Source: a virus (taxonomy: Duplodnaviria; Caudoviricetes). Taken from it: a stretch of DNA of 64,000 nt. Position numbers and translations under genes: made by a program. The stretch lies in the IMG/VR virus record IMGVR_UViG_3300032007_000001; one strand, 5' to 3'. Within the stretch, counting starts at the first letter, position 1; the number at the start of each line of letters is the position of its first letter. Positions 1 through 9,119 of this stretch are shown here, piece after piece. The notes beneath the pieces are model-generated. The model did no database searches and was not told the origin of the DNA. It saw only the letters and a list, made by a program, of their open reading frames with translations.

Positions 1-178
1 CATCACTAAAATCTGTTTCATCAAATATAAATTCTTGTGCCTTATACGTATCATTACCAACTGCATCAAGAATACCTTTTATTACATTCTTAAAAGATTC
101 ATCCATTTCTTTTTCATTAACAGCAACAATAAAGGATGATGAACTGGAATTCGTTACAAAATCATTTCTTATTTTCAT
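1..178 (-). CDS. TNSSS-motif protein (3' end runs off window)
   Basis: Manual translation from ATG at 178: MKIRNDFVTNSSSSSFIVAVNEKEMDESF...; ATGA overlap with the stop of 175..630; not in ORF track. Confidence 0.85.
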   Translation of the reverse strand, partial: MKIRNDFVTNSSSSSFIVAVNEKEMDESFKNVIKGILDAVGNDTYKAQEFIFDETDFSD

Positions 179-630
179 AAGTTAATTCTCCTTATAATAT
201 TGCCATTGTTTTTGACAACTGTGGATTCAAAATCAAAACTAAATTCGTTGTCAACATTAATATTAAAAACATCTTTTGAATTATTAGAAATTATTTCTTT
301 ATATGTGTCAATATCCAAAAAATCACAATTTGTAAATTCATTAATAAGATGAATTTTTGCAAATGTTTTATCTTCAAAACTATAAAGAAATTGCAATATC
401 TTATCATCATCATGATATTTAATTTCTTTTTCCAAAGAACTATTATAATCCTCAATGAAAATAGAATTAAATATCCAATCAACGTAATCTTTTGGAGACT
501 TTATTGAAATCTTTTTCATTTCTCTCAAAAAATATTGCTTCATATAACTATCAAAATTTTGTCCTTTTTCAAAAGAAACCAAAAATTGAGTAGAAGAAGA
601 ATTTGTAATGAAATCATTTCTAATTTTCAT
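175..630 (-). CDS. TNSSS-motif protein
   Basis: Starts MKIRNDFITNSSSTQF; coupled (ATGA) to the upstream radical SAM gene. Confidence 0.85.
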   Translation of the reverse strand: MKIRNDFITNSSSTQFLVSFEKGQNFDSYMKQYFLREMKKISIKSPKDYVDWIFNSIFIEDYNSSLEKEIKYHDDDKILQFLYSFEDKTFAKIHLINEFTNCDFLDIDTYKEIISNNSKDVFNINVDNEFSFDFESTVVKNNGNIIRRINL

Positions 631-1772
631 TTTTTATATTTCTCCTTTTTATCACACAACACTATTTCATGTTTGATTGGACATCCACCCATGCATATAA
701 TTCTTTTATCGCAATTCATACAAGAATGCATAAGTCTGCTTCTAAAATCATTGAATTTATCAGATTCCCATGCTTCTTTTAATGTATGATTTCTTAAGTC
801 TACGCCCCATTTCATTTCTTGGTCAAAACTACATGGCATCATATGCATATTAGCAGAAATATAAGCAGAAAATCTACCACCTTCACAAGTATCTATGGAA
901 TTCTCATCTATGTCTTCTGAAAAATTTACAATTGCTGGAATAGAGCATGAATCAAATCCAATCTTAAACGGATGTTCTTTGGAAACCAAAAAAAAGAATT
1001 TTTGAATCTTTTCAGAATCGTTTTCCAACGTTAACATATTGTCAATTCTTCCAAGACCAACTGGTTTATATAACAAAAAAATAAATGCATTGATTGGATT
1101 TTCTTCAAAATTATAAATATAAATTTTATTATCGTCTTTCCATTGCAACATATGTTTTTCCAATAAATCAATTGCATCATTAATTGTCTCTTTTGAGAGA
1201 ACAAAATGTATATTCGTTTTACATCCAGCATCAATAAATTTTTTCAAAGCATCTACAGTAAATTTTTGATAATACCATGAAACAGCCACTGCACCACAAT
1301 ATTTTTTTGTAGTAACAACTGCGTCATCAGTCAAATCAATACCGGATGTAGTATAATTTGGAACGATATTATTGCTTCTTGTATATTCACATATTTCATT
1401 AAAATATTGATGGTCATTAGGATTACCAGCTCCACCAAGAGCTACTTGCATTAATCCGTTTTCTTTTCCTTCATCAATAATGGATTTATAATCATCTAAC
1501 TTCATGTCCTTCTCTGGGTCATATTTCCTTGCTCCTTGGTAGCAACCAGATATACTACCACCAGCACGACACAAACCCTTAGAAGCGGCCTTACAACCTC
1601 CCATGATACCGATGTCAAGCAACCCTGGAAAAGAACGCATAAATGGGTCTATGTCAGTATCTTTTCCATCTTTCAAAATTCCACTTCTTATATATTCACC
1701 TGTCAATGTATTAAAAACTTCTATAAATTTGAATTTATAATCAGAATATTTGAGAATATGATTGTTTTCCAA
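627..1772 (-). CDS. Radical SAM/SPASM protein with atypical Cys spacing
   Basis: C-x7-C-x8-C-YQ cluster motif, LGGAGNP, C-terminal SPASM (CEGG...PCSF...CMNC...CMGGC). Confidence 0.85.
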   Translation of the reverse strand: MENNHILKYSDYKFKFIEVFNTLTGEYIRSGILKDGKDTDIDPFMRSFPGLLDIGIMGGCKAASKGLCRAGGSISGCYQGARKYDPEKDMKLDDYKSIIDEGKENGLMQVALGGAGNPNDHQYFNEICEYTRSNNIVPNYTTSGIDLTDDAVVTTKKYCGAVAVSWYYQKFTVDALKKFIDAGCKTNIHFVLSKETINDAIDLLEKHMLQWKDDNKIYIYNFEENPINAFIFLLYKPVGLGRIDNMLTLENDSEKIQKFFFLVSKEHPFKIGFDSCSIPAIVNFSEDIDENSIDTCEGGRFSAYISANMHMMPCSFDQEMKWGVDLRNHTLKEAWESDKFNDFRSRLMHSCMNCDKRIICMGGCPIKHEIVLCDKKEKYKK

Positions 1773-1855
1773 GTTAAGTCCTCCTTAATTAAAAAAGCAT
1801 ACTTTGCAGTATGCTATTTTTTATAATTATACCATAAAATTAATCATAAATACAA

Positions 1856-2311
1856 TCATAATCCCAAATATAAAAGTTTTTTTGCTTTACAAGTTTTTAT
1901 ATTATCATCTATAAAATCCTGAATGAAAGTTGGAAAAGTAGTTATTCCTCCAGCAAATCCCTCATCGTATACATAGTGAATAGCTTTTGGTGATTCGTAT
2001 AAATCTCTTATGCTGTAAGTAACAGCATCATATCCGTAATATATATAAATTTTTGTTATTCCATTTCCATTTGATGGTCTATCATAATTTTTCCAATCAT
2101 TATCTATTCTTGATATATTTGAATATAATTCGTGAAATACTAAACAATCAATTAATGTTGGAATAAAACATTCTTGTATCTGTCTTCTTGTTGAATATAA
2201 GACTCTAGCCAAATCATTTCTATCGGCATCTGTCATATCTTCTTCCCATTGTTTTTCAAATTTATATTCTTGTTCTTTCAATTCAAAAAATTTTTTAAGA
2301 AGATTATTCAT
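1856..2311 (-). CDS. Hypothetical protein, C-terminal GL family
   Basis: 151-aa ORF ending LLYLGL. Confidence 0.7.
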   Translation of the reverse strand: MNNLLKKFFELKEQEYKFEKQWEEDMTDADRNDLARVLYSTRRQIQECFIPTLIDCLVFHELYSNISRIDNDWKNYDRPSNGNGITKIYIYYGYDAVTYSIRDLYESPKAIHYVYDEGFAGGITTFPTFIQDFIDDNIKTCKAKKLLYLGL

Positions 2312-2340
2312 ACACTATCACCAAGAATATTATATAAAAA

Positions 2341-2727
2341 TCAATGCGACATTGACATGAATTTATCAATAAATTCAAACGCTTCTCTTTCATTAACTTC
2401 TTTTTCTATAATTTCTTTTCTATAATTAGAAGCAAAAAATAAAGATATCATGTCTTCATAAATTTCTATTTCAAGATATCCAAAATTATTTTCTTTTTCT
2501 ATTTGAATAGTTTGATTTGCTGTGGGAAATATTTCTACTTCGCTATTCAATTGTCGTATAAATTTTTCTGTTTTTTCAATAATATCTATTGGTATTGGTT
2601 CTGCACCGTAACCATTCCAATTATATTTTAACGTTTTCATTTCGTTCAATCTTTTTAATGATTCTTCATGCATCATTATCATTCCTTTTTTACAGAAAAC
2701 CGCCACGCAGGCAGTGCGTGGCGGCAT
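2341..2727 (-). CDS. Conserved phage hypothetical protein (NWNGYGA motif); true start probably near 2680
   Basis: LKYNWNGYGAEPI motif; first residues of the track ORF fall in a terminator hairpin. Confidence 0.6.
   Translation of the reverse strand: MPPRTACVAVFCKKGMIMMHEESLKRLNEMKTLKYNWNGYGAEPIPIDIIEKTEKFIRQLNSEVEIFPTANQTIQIEKENNFGYLEIEIYEDMISLFFASNYRKEIIEKEVNEREAFEFIDKFMSMSH
2695..2724 (-). terminator. Intrinsic terminator downstream of tRNA-Arg
   Basis: 10-bp GC-rich stem CCGCCACGCA/TGCGTGGCGG followed by TTTT on the minus strand. Confidence 0.75.
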
Positions 2728-2784
2728 CTATAAAATAAAACAATAAAAGAAAGGAGAGAAAGAAAATTGTGGTATGAGAAATCT

Positions 2785-2859
2785 TGGCCTCCCTACATCG
2801 AATCGAACGATGATTAAGGGCTTAGAAGGCCCCTGTACTATCCATTATACTATAGGGAG
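2785..2859 (-). tRNA. tRNA-Arg (UCU)
   Basis: Cloverleaf CTCCCTA...TAGGGAG-G-CCA, anticodon loop CT-TCT-AA, GTTCGA T-loop. Confidence 0.92.
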
Positions 2860-2875
2860 TTATTCTTACATTTTT

Positions 2876-2903
2876 ATTTTATCATAAAAAAATGAAAAGT
2901 AAA
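2876..2903 (-). promoter_or_regulatory. Sigma70-like promoter for tRNA-Arg
   Basis: TTTACT-16-TAAAAT with TG extension. Confidence 0.5.
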
Positions 2904-3014
2904 TTATTTTTTTTAATTCAAATAATTTTCTTGCAAAAAATATATTATAATGTATAAAACAAATTATAAAAATTTTTACTTGTAGGTTATAATAAAACAA
3001 AAAAGAGTGATAAA

Positions 3015-3419
3015 ATGATAACATTTGAGACATTCGAACATAAAAATGTTGAATGCAAAACATTATTATCAACGCAAAAAACAATATATCAATATATTTG
3101 TAAATTTTCAATGTCATGCGAAACTCCATATCCGCATAGAACATTAAACCACTATAATGTAACGATTTATTTAAGTGATAATTTCAATTTAGCAATTACC
3201 ATTTATGATATTTTTTATGATGAATATGTATTGTCATTATCATCAGATAATATATTCGCTGAAAAAATAAATAAAAAAATGTTATTAAACGAAATCCAAG
3301 AAAATTGTTCTATAAATTGGATGATTAATAATATTGGAGCTAGTGTAATAGATGATTTAATGCAATGTTTAAGTATGTTTTTTGAACGTATAAACATTTT
3401 ACAAATAGCTGGATTATAA
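3015..3419 (+). CDS. Hypothetical protein, C-terminal GL family
   Basis: 134-aa ORF with RBS, ending ILQIAGL. Confidence 0.7.
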   Translation: MITFETFEHKNVECKTLLSTQKTIYQYICKFSMSCETPYPHRTLNHYNVTIYLSDNFNLAITIYDIFYDEYVLSLSSDNIFAEKINKKMLLNEIQENCSINWMINNIGASVIDDLMQCLSMFFERINILQIAGL

Positions 3420-3435
3420 TCATCAATAAATAAAT

Positions 3436-3464
3436 AAAAGAGCACTTAAGTGCTCTCATTTTTT
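3436..3464. terminator. Bidirectional terminator (GAGCAC type)
   Basis: AAAAGAGCAC-TTAA-GTGCTCT between a convergent gene and the tRNA operon. Confidence 0.7.
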
Positions 3465-3466
3465 CT

Positions 3467-3541
3467 TGGTAGTTCCAACGTGAATTGAACACGTATTTAG
3501 TCCTTGAAAGGGACTCGTCCTAACCATTAGACCATGGAACC
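3467..3541 (-). tRNA. tRNA-Glu (UUC)
   Basis: GGTTCCA...TGGAACT-A-CCA; anticodon arm AGTCC-CT-TTC-AA-GGACT. Confidence 0.92.
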
Positions 3542-3543
3542 AT

Positions 3544-4122
3544 TGGTGCCGAGGACCGGAATCGAACCGGTACGGTGTTGCCACCGAGGGATTTTCTTAC
3601 TACTCTTACTTATAGGGTGTTCAATCATCATATATCCTGGCCGCTCTTTACCCATTTCGTAAGCCATTCCACTAGAAACGTTGTAGTCCGGACTATGTTT
3701 TCACCATATATGATTTATCATCCATACTTAGGTGGTTGGTCTATAGTCTCTACACATTTACTATTAAAAGAAAATATATCACAGAAAGGAGGCTGCCTTC
3801 CAGAACACTGGAAATGTCTTATGTTGATTGTAAAAAACACTTAGATTTTTTAAGATCATATGTTCATCCATTTGTTTTGTGCTTTCGCAATTTCAATTAG
3901 AGAAGCGAACTAATTAAAATTACAAATGGCATTACAACATTTGACGTTTTCTTTTAATAGACTTAGCACGGCGTTCCCAATAATGCTTCACCGTTTTAGC
4001 CAACATTCACTCGAGATGTTTCCTGTCTCGGTGCTCAGACAATTATATTGTCTTGTTGAATTGTTGTGATTCAACAAATATTGGAAAAAGTCCCTTGCGT
4101 CTGCCAGTTCCGCCACCCCGGC
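3544..4122 (-). tRNA. tRNA-Leu (UAA) interrupted by a group I intron (exons 4122..4088 and 3595..3544)
   Basis: 5' exon GCCGGGGTGGCGGAACTGGCAGACGCAAGGGACTT joined to 3' exon AAAATCCCTCGG...GGTTCGATTCCGGTCCTCGGCACCA rebuilds AGGGA-CT-TAA-AA-TCCCT with a long variable arm. Confidence 0.92.
3596..4087 (-). ncRNA. Group I self-splicing intron (492 nt)
   Basis: Inserted after U34 and ends in terminal G; R element GTAGAGACTA (3744-3753) and S element AAAACATAGTCC (3690-3701) form P7. Confidence 0.88.
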
Positions 4123-4155
4123 ATATTCAGTTGTCAATGTACTCCAAACATTTAT

Positions 4156-4184
4156 ATTATAAAACAAAAAAAACACATTGTAAA
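4156..4184 (-). promoter_or_regulatory. Sigma70-like promoter of the tRNA-Leu/Glu operon
   Basis: TTTACA-17-TATAAT. Confidence 0.75.
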
Positions 4185-4225
4185 CATCGATTTATATAAA
4201 ATACAAAAATTTTGTAATTCATTGT

Positions 4226-4252
4226 AAAAAAGAGACTATATTGTCTCTTTTT
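4226..4252. terminator. Palindromic terminator after tail fibre gene
   Basis: AAAAAAGAGAC...GTCTCTTTTT. Confidence 0.65.
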
Positions 4253-4303
4253 ATTTTTAATGATTTTTTATCATAAACAAACCAAACAAATGTCTTAATA
4301 TTT

Positions 4304-5887
4304 TTAATCTGTTGTTTTTGTATATTGAATAGTAACATAAGATTTTGTGAAGTCAGAACTATCAGTAGTTCTTCCCATTAATTGAATAACAGCATTAGAT
4401 TGGTTTGAAAGCAATATAAATTGCACCGTAACATTTAAAGTTGTATAGTTGTCTTGTATCTTTGGTATACTTCTCCAATAGGGTTGACCAGAATTATAAT
4501 TATAGCAGATGCCTTTTATATCGATTATTTCCTTAACAATAGTTTTTTCTAAAGGTAAAGTTATTGTTTTTACTGTACTATTTGGTAATGCCCCACAATC
4601 AACTGTTATTTGATATATCGGCTTACCATCTATCCATGTACCTATTCTTTGTTCTTCTGTACTATAATTATTTTCTGGTGTAGATAATACTGATGTATTA
4701 TATTTAATGCAATATAATACAGAAGTATTTGTAGGACGGGAAGTATAGGCACGACGCACTTCAAAATTATCCGAACCAGTTGTAGTAGATGATTGCGCCC
4801 ATAATCTTCCCCCTGTGGTTTTAATAGCTTTATCTTCGGAAACTACAGCTAGTTTAGTTTCCGAAGTATTAACATCCATTTGTAATTTTGTTCCATTATA
4901 ATGAACATTAGGTATTTCAGTACCGTCTTGATGTACACCAACGTTACTCCCACTGCCTTGATTTGTGTGACTATTAGTCCCTGTGCCACGCAAAAATTCT
5001 CCGCGCAAATCTGGAACTGCAAAAGTGGTAGTTCCATCTCCACCAAAATAATTATAACTACCAAATTGTGCTTTAATATACTCTGCTAATTCTTTATAAT
5101 CTATTATATTATAGACTGTCCCGTCGCAAGCTAAATAATCTTTTGGAGCAGTATTACCCATATAAGAAATAACAGTTCCTATTGGAGTATCATTATAAAG
5201 AGTATTAGATGTATCTTTTCTATATTTTATCTGTGGTATTAATGTTATTGCTGGAGGTTGTACTGTATCTACTGAATCTGAATAGATAGAATTACTACTA
5301 TTTGCGCTAAATTTCATGTTCGTTTTATACTGCCCAGCACCGGTCGCTGTTGTAACTTGTTGGAGTTTCCCGACTGTTGCTGTGGCCTTAGAATTAGTAA
5401 ACGCGCCTGATTTTCCGCGAATATTTGCATCTTCTGACGATGGAGTTTCTAAAAACTCAGCAGACCCAAAATATTCGCCTTTTATATTAGGCAATCCTGC
5501 TTCTTTTTCTTCTACTGTACTACCACCTTGTAATACTAAATCTATATAATTTGGTAATGTTAATACATCTGTATTGCTATTATATTTGAATAAAGCTTTA
5601 TTAGAAGAATCATTAGTAATTAAATTATTATCTTGAGCATAATCTAATAATTCCTTATAATCTGTTGAAGCATCAGCTAAATTCGTACCATCTAATTTAA
5701 GATAGTCTCTTAATAGAGACATCTGCCAAGTTATATATCCAACCGGTGCATCTGATGCCACAACAGCACTAGATACATTAACATCTCCTAAATAATCATC
5801 TATATTATTTGACGTTAAATTTTTTACTACCTTAAATTTTGCAGAACCATAAGTTATAGTATCATTTAGCGCAGTCAATTTTTTCAC
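4304..5887 (-). CDS. Tail fibre protein with phage tail-collar domain
   Basis: PIGTVISYMG...YLACDG...FAVPDLRGEFLRG collar motif; IGTWIDGKPIY C-terminal module; N-terminus shared with 61697..63235. Confidence 0.85.
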   Translation of the reverse strand: MKKLTALNDTITYGSAKFKVVKNLTSNNIDDYLGDVNVSSAVVASDAPVGYITWQMSLLRDYLKLDGTNLADASTDYKELLDYAQDNNLITNDSSNKALFKYNSNTDVLTLPNYIDLVLQGGSTVEEKEAGLPNIKGEYFGSAEFLETPSSEDANIRGKSGAFTNSKATATVGKLQQVTTATGAGQYKTNMKFSANSSNSIYSDSVDTVQPPAITLIPQIKYRKDTSNTLYNDTPIGTVISYMGNTAPKDYLACDGTVYNIIDYKELAEYIKAQFGSYNYFGGDGTTTFAVPDLRGEFLRGTGTNSHTNQGSGSNVGVHQDGTEIPNVHYNGTKLQMDVNTSETKLAVVSEDKAIKTTGGRLWAQSSTTTGSDNFEVRRAYTSRPTNTSVLYCIKYNTSVLSTPENNYSTEEQRIGTWIDGKPIYQITVDCGALPNSTVKTITLPLEKTIVKEIIDIKGICYNYNSGQPYWRSIPKIQDNYTTLNVTVQFILLSNQSNAVIQLMGRTTDSSDFTKSYVTIQYTKTTD

Positions 5888-5920
5888 TCCTATACTTAAA
5901 AATCTGTCTCTTTATAAAAT

Positions 5921-5950
5921 AAAAGATAGACTGGAAATCCAGTCTATCTT
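5921..5950 (-). terminator. Intrinsic terminator
   Basis: AAGATAGACTGG/CCAGTCTATCTT stem. Confidence 0.7.
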
Positions 5951-5963
5951 GTTATCAATTAAT

Positions 5964-6119
5964 TTATTTTTTCATAAGTGCTTTTGAAATTAGACCTAAT
6001 CGTCTCTCTTTTTCTTTTTCTAATTTTTCCTTGTCTTTCAAAGCTTTTATAATATTTTCTTCAATAGGCAAACTGCTTATATGATTACCGTCTTTATCAT
6101 AAATTCCCAATTTTTTCAC
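5964..6119 (-). CDS. Small hypothetical protein (51 aa)
   Basis: GAGGT RBS + GTG; MKKLGIYDKDGNHISSLP...; below ORF-track cutoff. Confidence 0.5.
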   Translation of the reverse strand: MKKLGIYDKDGNHISSLPIEENIIKALKDKEKLEKEKERRLGLISKALMKK

Positions 6120-6289
6120 ACCTCAAAAATTAAATAGATTTACGCACTTCAAATTAAGAATAAATTTATTGAGTAAATCTATTTCAATGACCAGACATAA
6201 TGATTACCATATCTCTTATAAACATCAAAATGACCATCAAAACAAAAAATAAAATAATTACATTAAATTCGTATCTTGTAATCATTCAA

Positions 6290-6619
6290 TCACAATCCCT
6301 TTACAATCAAATTTATATTTTTCATTTTAGAAATACAATCGACAAATATTTTTGTATCATTTTTTATTTTGCATAAATCTTTGAACGAATTGCAAATAAA
6401 AGTGTTATTATAAGCATCAAATAACACAAACATATTATTAATCAAAAGATAGTTGGTAAATTGATTAAATAAAACTGAACACGTTTTTACAAACATATCA
6501 TCAATTTCGAAAACATATTGTTTTTCATTTTCTCTTATTTCTGAAATTATTTGTATAATATTAACATTTTCAACTTTATGTCTAACGCTTATATTAAAAG
6601 CTTCAAATGTATAATTCAT
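6290..6619 (-). CDS. Hypothetical protein, C-terminal GL family
   Basis: 109 aa ending LIVKGL; N-terminal TFExF as in 3015..3419. Confidence 0.65.
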   Translation of the reverse strand: MNYTFEAFNISVRHKVENVNIIQIISEIRENEKQYVFEIDDMFVKTCSVLFNQFTNYLLINNMFVLFDAYNNTFICNSFKDLCKIKNDTKIFVDCISKMKNINLIVKGL

Positions 6620-6646
6620 AATATTTCTAAAACAAAAAGATGAGAA

Positions 6647-7075
6647 TTACTCATCTTTTTTATTTTGTTCTTCAGCTTTTTCTTTTGTTTTTTCTATTAC
6701 TCTTTCAACTATTTCTTCGAGCACCGCGCCAATATCACACTGTTCTTCACCGTCTTTGCATTTTTCCAAATTCATAGACTTAAATAAACATTTTTCATTA
6801 CAAAACGTTTTATGCATTTCTTTATCCATAAAACCATTCATTGCTTCGAGATTTAAGGATAATTTATCAATCATATAACGATAAATAGTATTCCTTGCTT
6901 CGGCTAGTTCTTTACCTGCTCTTTCTGCGAGAATATCAGATACTTTTTGTAGATTATACTTCACAAATTCGCTATTCATAATAGCATCTACTACACTTTC
7001 TGATAGTTTCTTAATCATCTCACGGTCTTTTTCCAAATACTCCTTAGTAAGTTGTTTTGCATCGTGCTCTGTCAT
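6647..7075 (-). CDS. Hypothetical helical protein
   Basis: 142-aa ORF with AGGAGG RBS. Confidence 0.7.
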   Translation of the reverse strand: MTEHDAKQLTKEYLEKDREMIKKLSESVVDAIMNSEFVKYNLQKVSDILAERAGKELAEARNTIYRYMIDKLSLNLEAMNGFMDKEMHKTFCNEKCLFKSMNLEKCKDGEEQCDIGAVLEEIVERVIEKTKEKAEEQNKKDE

Positions 7076-7096
7076 TGTTTAACCCTCCTAAAAAAT

Positions 7097-7522
7097 TTAT
7101 AACCCCATAAAAATTGACTCGTCTCTATTGAAATCAATAGATTTGTCAATAAGAAAATCAAGAATTTCTTCTATAACATATGCATAATTATGCATAGATA
7201 AACAATAATCAACGTATGCTTTCTTTAGTTTTTTATAAAATCTTTTTTCGCCAATACTGCTAACTTCATAATCTTGATTAATCGAAAGAAAAAATGCATT
7301 GTTATTCAATGCATGACATAATGAAACACAAAACAAATTATCAAAAATATCTTTTATATTTGTTAAAGTAAAAAAACATAGATGGAATTTCTTAAAATTA
7401 TTTTCTATTGCGAATTGTTCTTCGACCATGAAATTTTTTGTTATTGTTGTTTTTGAATCCAACATCAAAACAGTTTTTCTATCTACAAAAAAATCAGATT
7501 CTAAATATTTCATGGATTTCAC
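7097..7522 (-). CDS. Hypothetical protein, C-terminal GL family
   Basis: 141 aa ending SIFMGL; own promoter. Confidence 0.65.
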   Translation of the reverse strand: MKSMKYLESDFFVDRKTVLMLDSKTTITKNFMVEEQFAIENNFKKFHLCFFTLTNIKDIFDNLFCVSLCHALNNNAFFLSINQDYEVSSIGEKRFYKKLKKAYVDYCLSMHNYAYVIEEILDFLIDKSIDFNRDESIFMGL

Positions 7523-7531
7523 CTATTGAGA

Positions 7532-7560
7532 ATTTTAATTCTTTTTCTAATCAATGTAAA
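7532..7560 (-). promoter_or_regulatory. Sigma70-like early promoter
   Basis: TTTACA-17-TAAAAT. Confidence 0.6.
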
Positions 7561-7570
7561 CAAATAATTA

Positions 7571-8656
7571 CTATTCATTAACTTTCCAGCATTGTGGGTC
7601 TGGACTATAGAAATTCCCGTTTGTTCCACAAGACACCGCTGGACATCCACGACAGAATGCAAGTAATTTGCAATCTTTACATTTTTCAAATTTATCAAAA
7701 TCTCTATAGTAATTCATTTTATCTCCAAGCCAAACTTCAGAAATATCATCTGTTAAAGCATTTCCAACAACAGAATCATTAATTCTTCTGCATGCCAACA
7801 AATCTCCATTTGGCAAGATTGTCATATGTCCAATTCCACAATGACAACCCGTATATATCGTATCATCATTTTCTTCTACATAATTTGGAGCATCCAATCT
7901 TCCAATTTCATAATGGAATAAATTCCATAGATGGTCCTTATATCTAAAACTCGTTGTACATCCAACACTTTCATAAAAATCAAAACGGTCTTGCATTTCT
8001 TCCAAAAATTTTCTATATCTTTCTGGAGTCAATCTATTGCTTTTATCTTCATAAACTGGAACGTATCTAGAAAACGTAAATCTTCTAGCTTTCCAAGCAA
8101 CCTCATCTACAAGCGATGGAATTTCATCGATATTCTTATCACTGACTGTAGACATAATAACACTATATAAATCATTTCTATTCAAACATTTTAATGCTTC
8201 AAATGTAGCATCATAACTTCCAGGTTTTCTAAACCAGTCGTGCGTTTCTTTTAATCCATCTAAAGACAATTGATATTTAGTACATCCACTATCTTTTAAT
8301 TTTTCAGCAACTTCGTCAGTTAAATGGAATGGATTGCCAAGAATAATAAATTCAATTTTATTTTTCTTTAATTCTTTTATCAAGTCCCAAAAATTCTTAT
8401 GAAGTAACGGGTCTCCACCAGTAATAGCAAACACTGGTACTCTATGTAATTTTTTACACGAACTAATAACATTATTCAAAACTTTTTGCATATTATCCCA
8501 TGACATTTCTACAAGATTTTTGTTTCCGCCATGGAAAATATAACAATGCTTGCATCTTTGGTCGCAATTATCCGTAATGTGCCATTGAAAAGATAATCCC
8601 ATTCTTATACTATCATCATTAGTCCAAGATTTCCACATATTTATGCGGTCTAACAA
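7571..8656 (-). CDS. Radical SAM/SPASM peptide maturase, ACGX-system (AcgM)-like
   Basis: FQWHITDNCDQRCKHCYIF CxxxCxxC, TGGDP, full SPASM (CHCG...ACRR...CKDC...CRGCP...DPQCW). Confidence 0.85.
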   Translation of the reverse strand: MLDRINMWKSWTNDDSIRMGLSFQWHITDNCDQRCKHCYIFHGGNKNLVEMSWDNMQKVLNNVISSCKKLHRVPVFAITGGDPLLHKNFWDLIKELKKNKIEFIILGNPFHLTDEVAEKLKDSGCTKYQLSLDGLKETHDWFRKPGSYDATFEALKCLNRNDLYSVIMSTVSDKNIDEIPSLVDEVAWKARRFTFSRYVPVYEDKSNRLTPERYRKFLEEMQDRFDFYESVGCTTSFRYKDHLWNLFHYEIGRLDAPNYVEENDDTIYTGCHCGIGHMTILPNGDLLACRRINDSVVGNALTDDISEVWLGDKMNYYRDFDKFEKCKDCKLLAFCRGCPAVSCGTNGNFYSPDPQCWKVNE

Positions 8657-8701
8657 TTAAATCTCCTCCAAACAAATCTTTTCAATATATTTTATATAAT
8701 T

Positions 8702-8731
8702 AAAACCCATCATTTTATTATGATGGGTTTT
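8702..8731 (-). terminator. Intrinsic terminator
   Basis: AAAACCCATCAT/ATGATGGGTTTT. Confidence 0.7.
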
Positions 8732-9119
8732 ATAATCCAAATCGAAATGGAAAATTGTTATTCAATTGCAAATAATTTTCTTTTATCCAAACTAAAATTT
8801 TTCTATTAATATCGCTTGTTTTATCATTTTTTATTTGATTATTTAATTTATTTTCAAATGAATTTTTATCATTAGTAATAATCCAAGCGCCATTAAAAAA
8901 TTTAATATTAAAAACATTTAATTTGTCATTCATTTCAAACAATGAATAAGAATACATATCATAAAGAAATACAAATGAATACATCCTTCTACAATTTCTT
9001 AAAATTTTTAAGTTACAAACAACTTCAATGCCTTCGCTTATTGTCTTAATAAACATAAAAACATTTATTGGAACAGTTGTGTGTTCTATTTTACTTTCCA
9101 ATGTTTTCACATCCCACAT
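8730..9119 (-). CDS. Hypothetical protein, C-terminal GL family
   Basis: 129 aa ending PFRFGL; DINRKILVWI resembles neighbour's DIQKNISNWV. Confidence 0.65.
   Translation of the reverse strand: MWDVKTLESKIEHTTVPINVFMFIKTISEGIEVVCNLKILRNCRRMYSFVFLYDMYSYSLFEMNDKLNVFNIKFFNGAWIITNDKNSFENKLNNQIKNDKTSDINRKILVWIKENYLQLNNNFPFRFGL

Noticed and set aside
3575-4176. ORFs 3575..3844 and 3988..4176 as intron-encoded proteins
   Set aside because: They overlap tRNA exons and the intron core, one is antisense, and neither has endonuclease motifs
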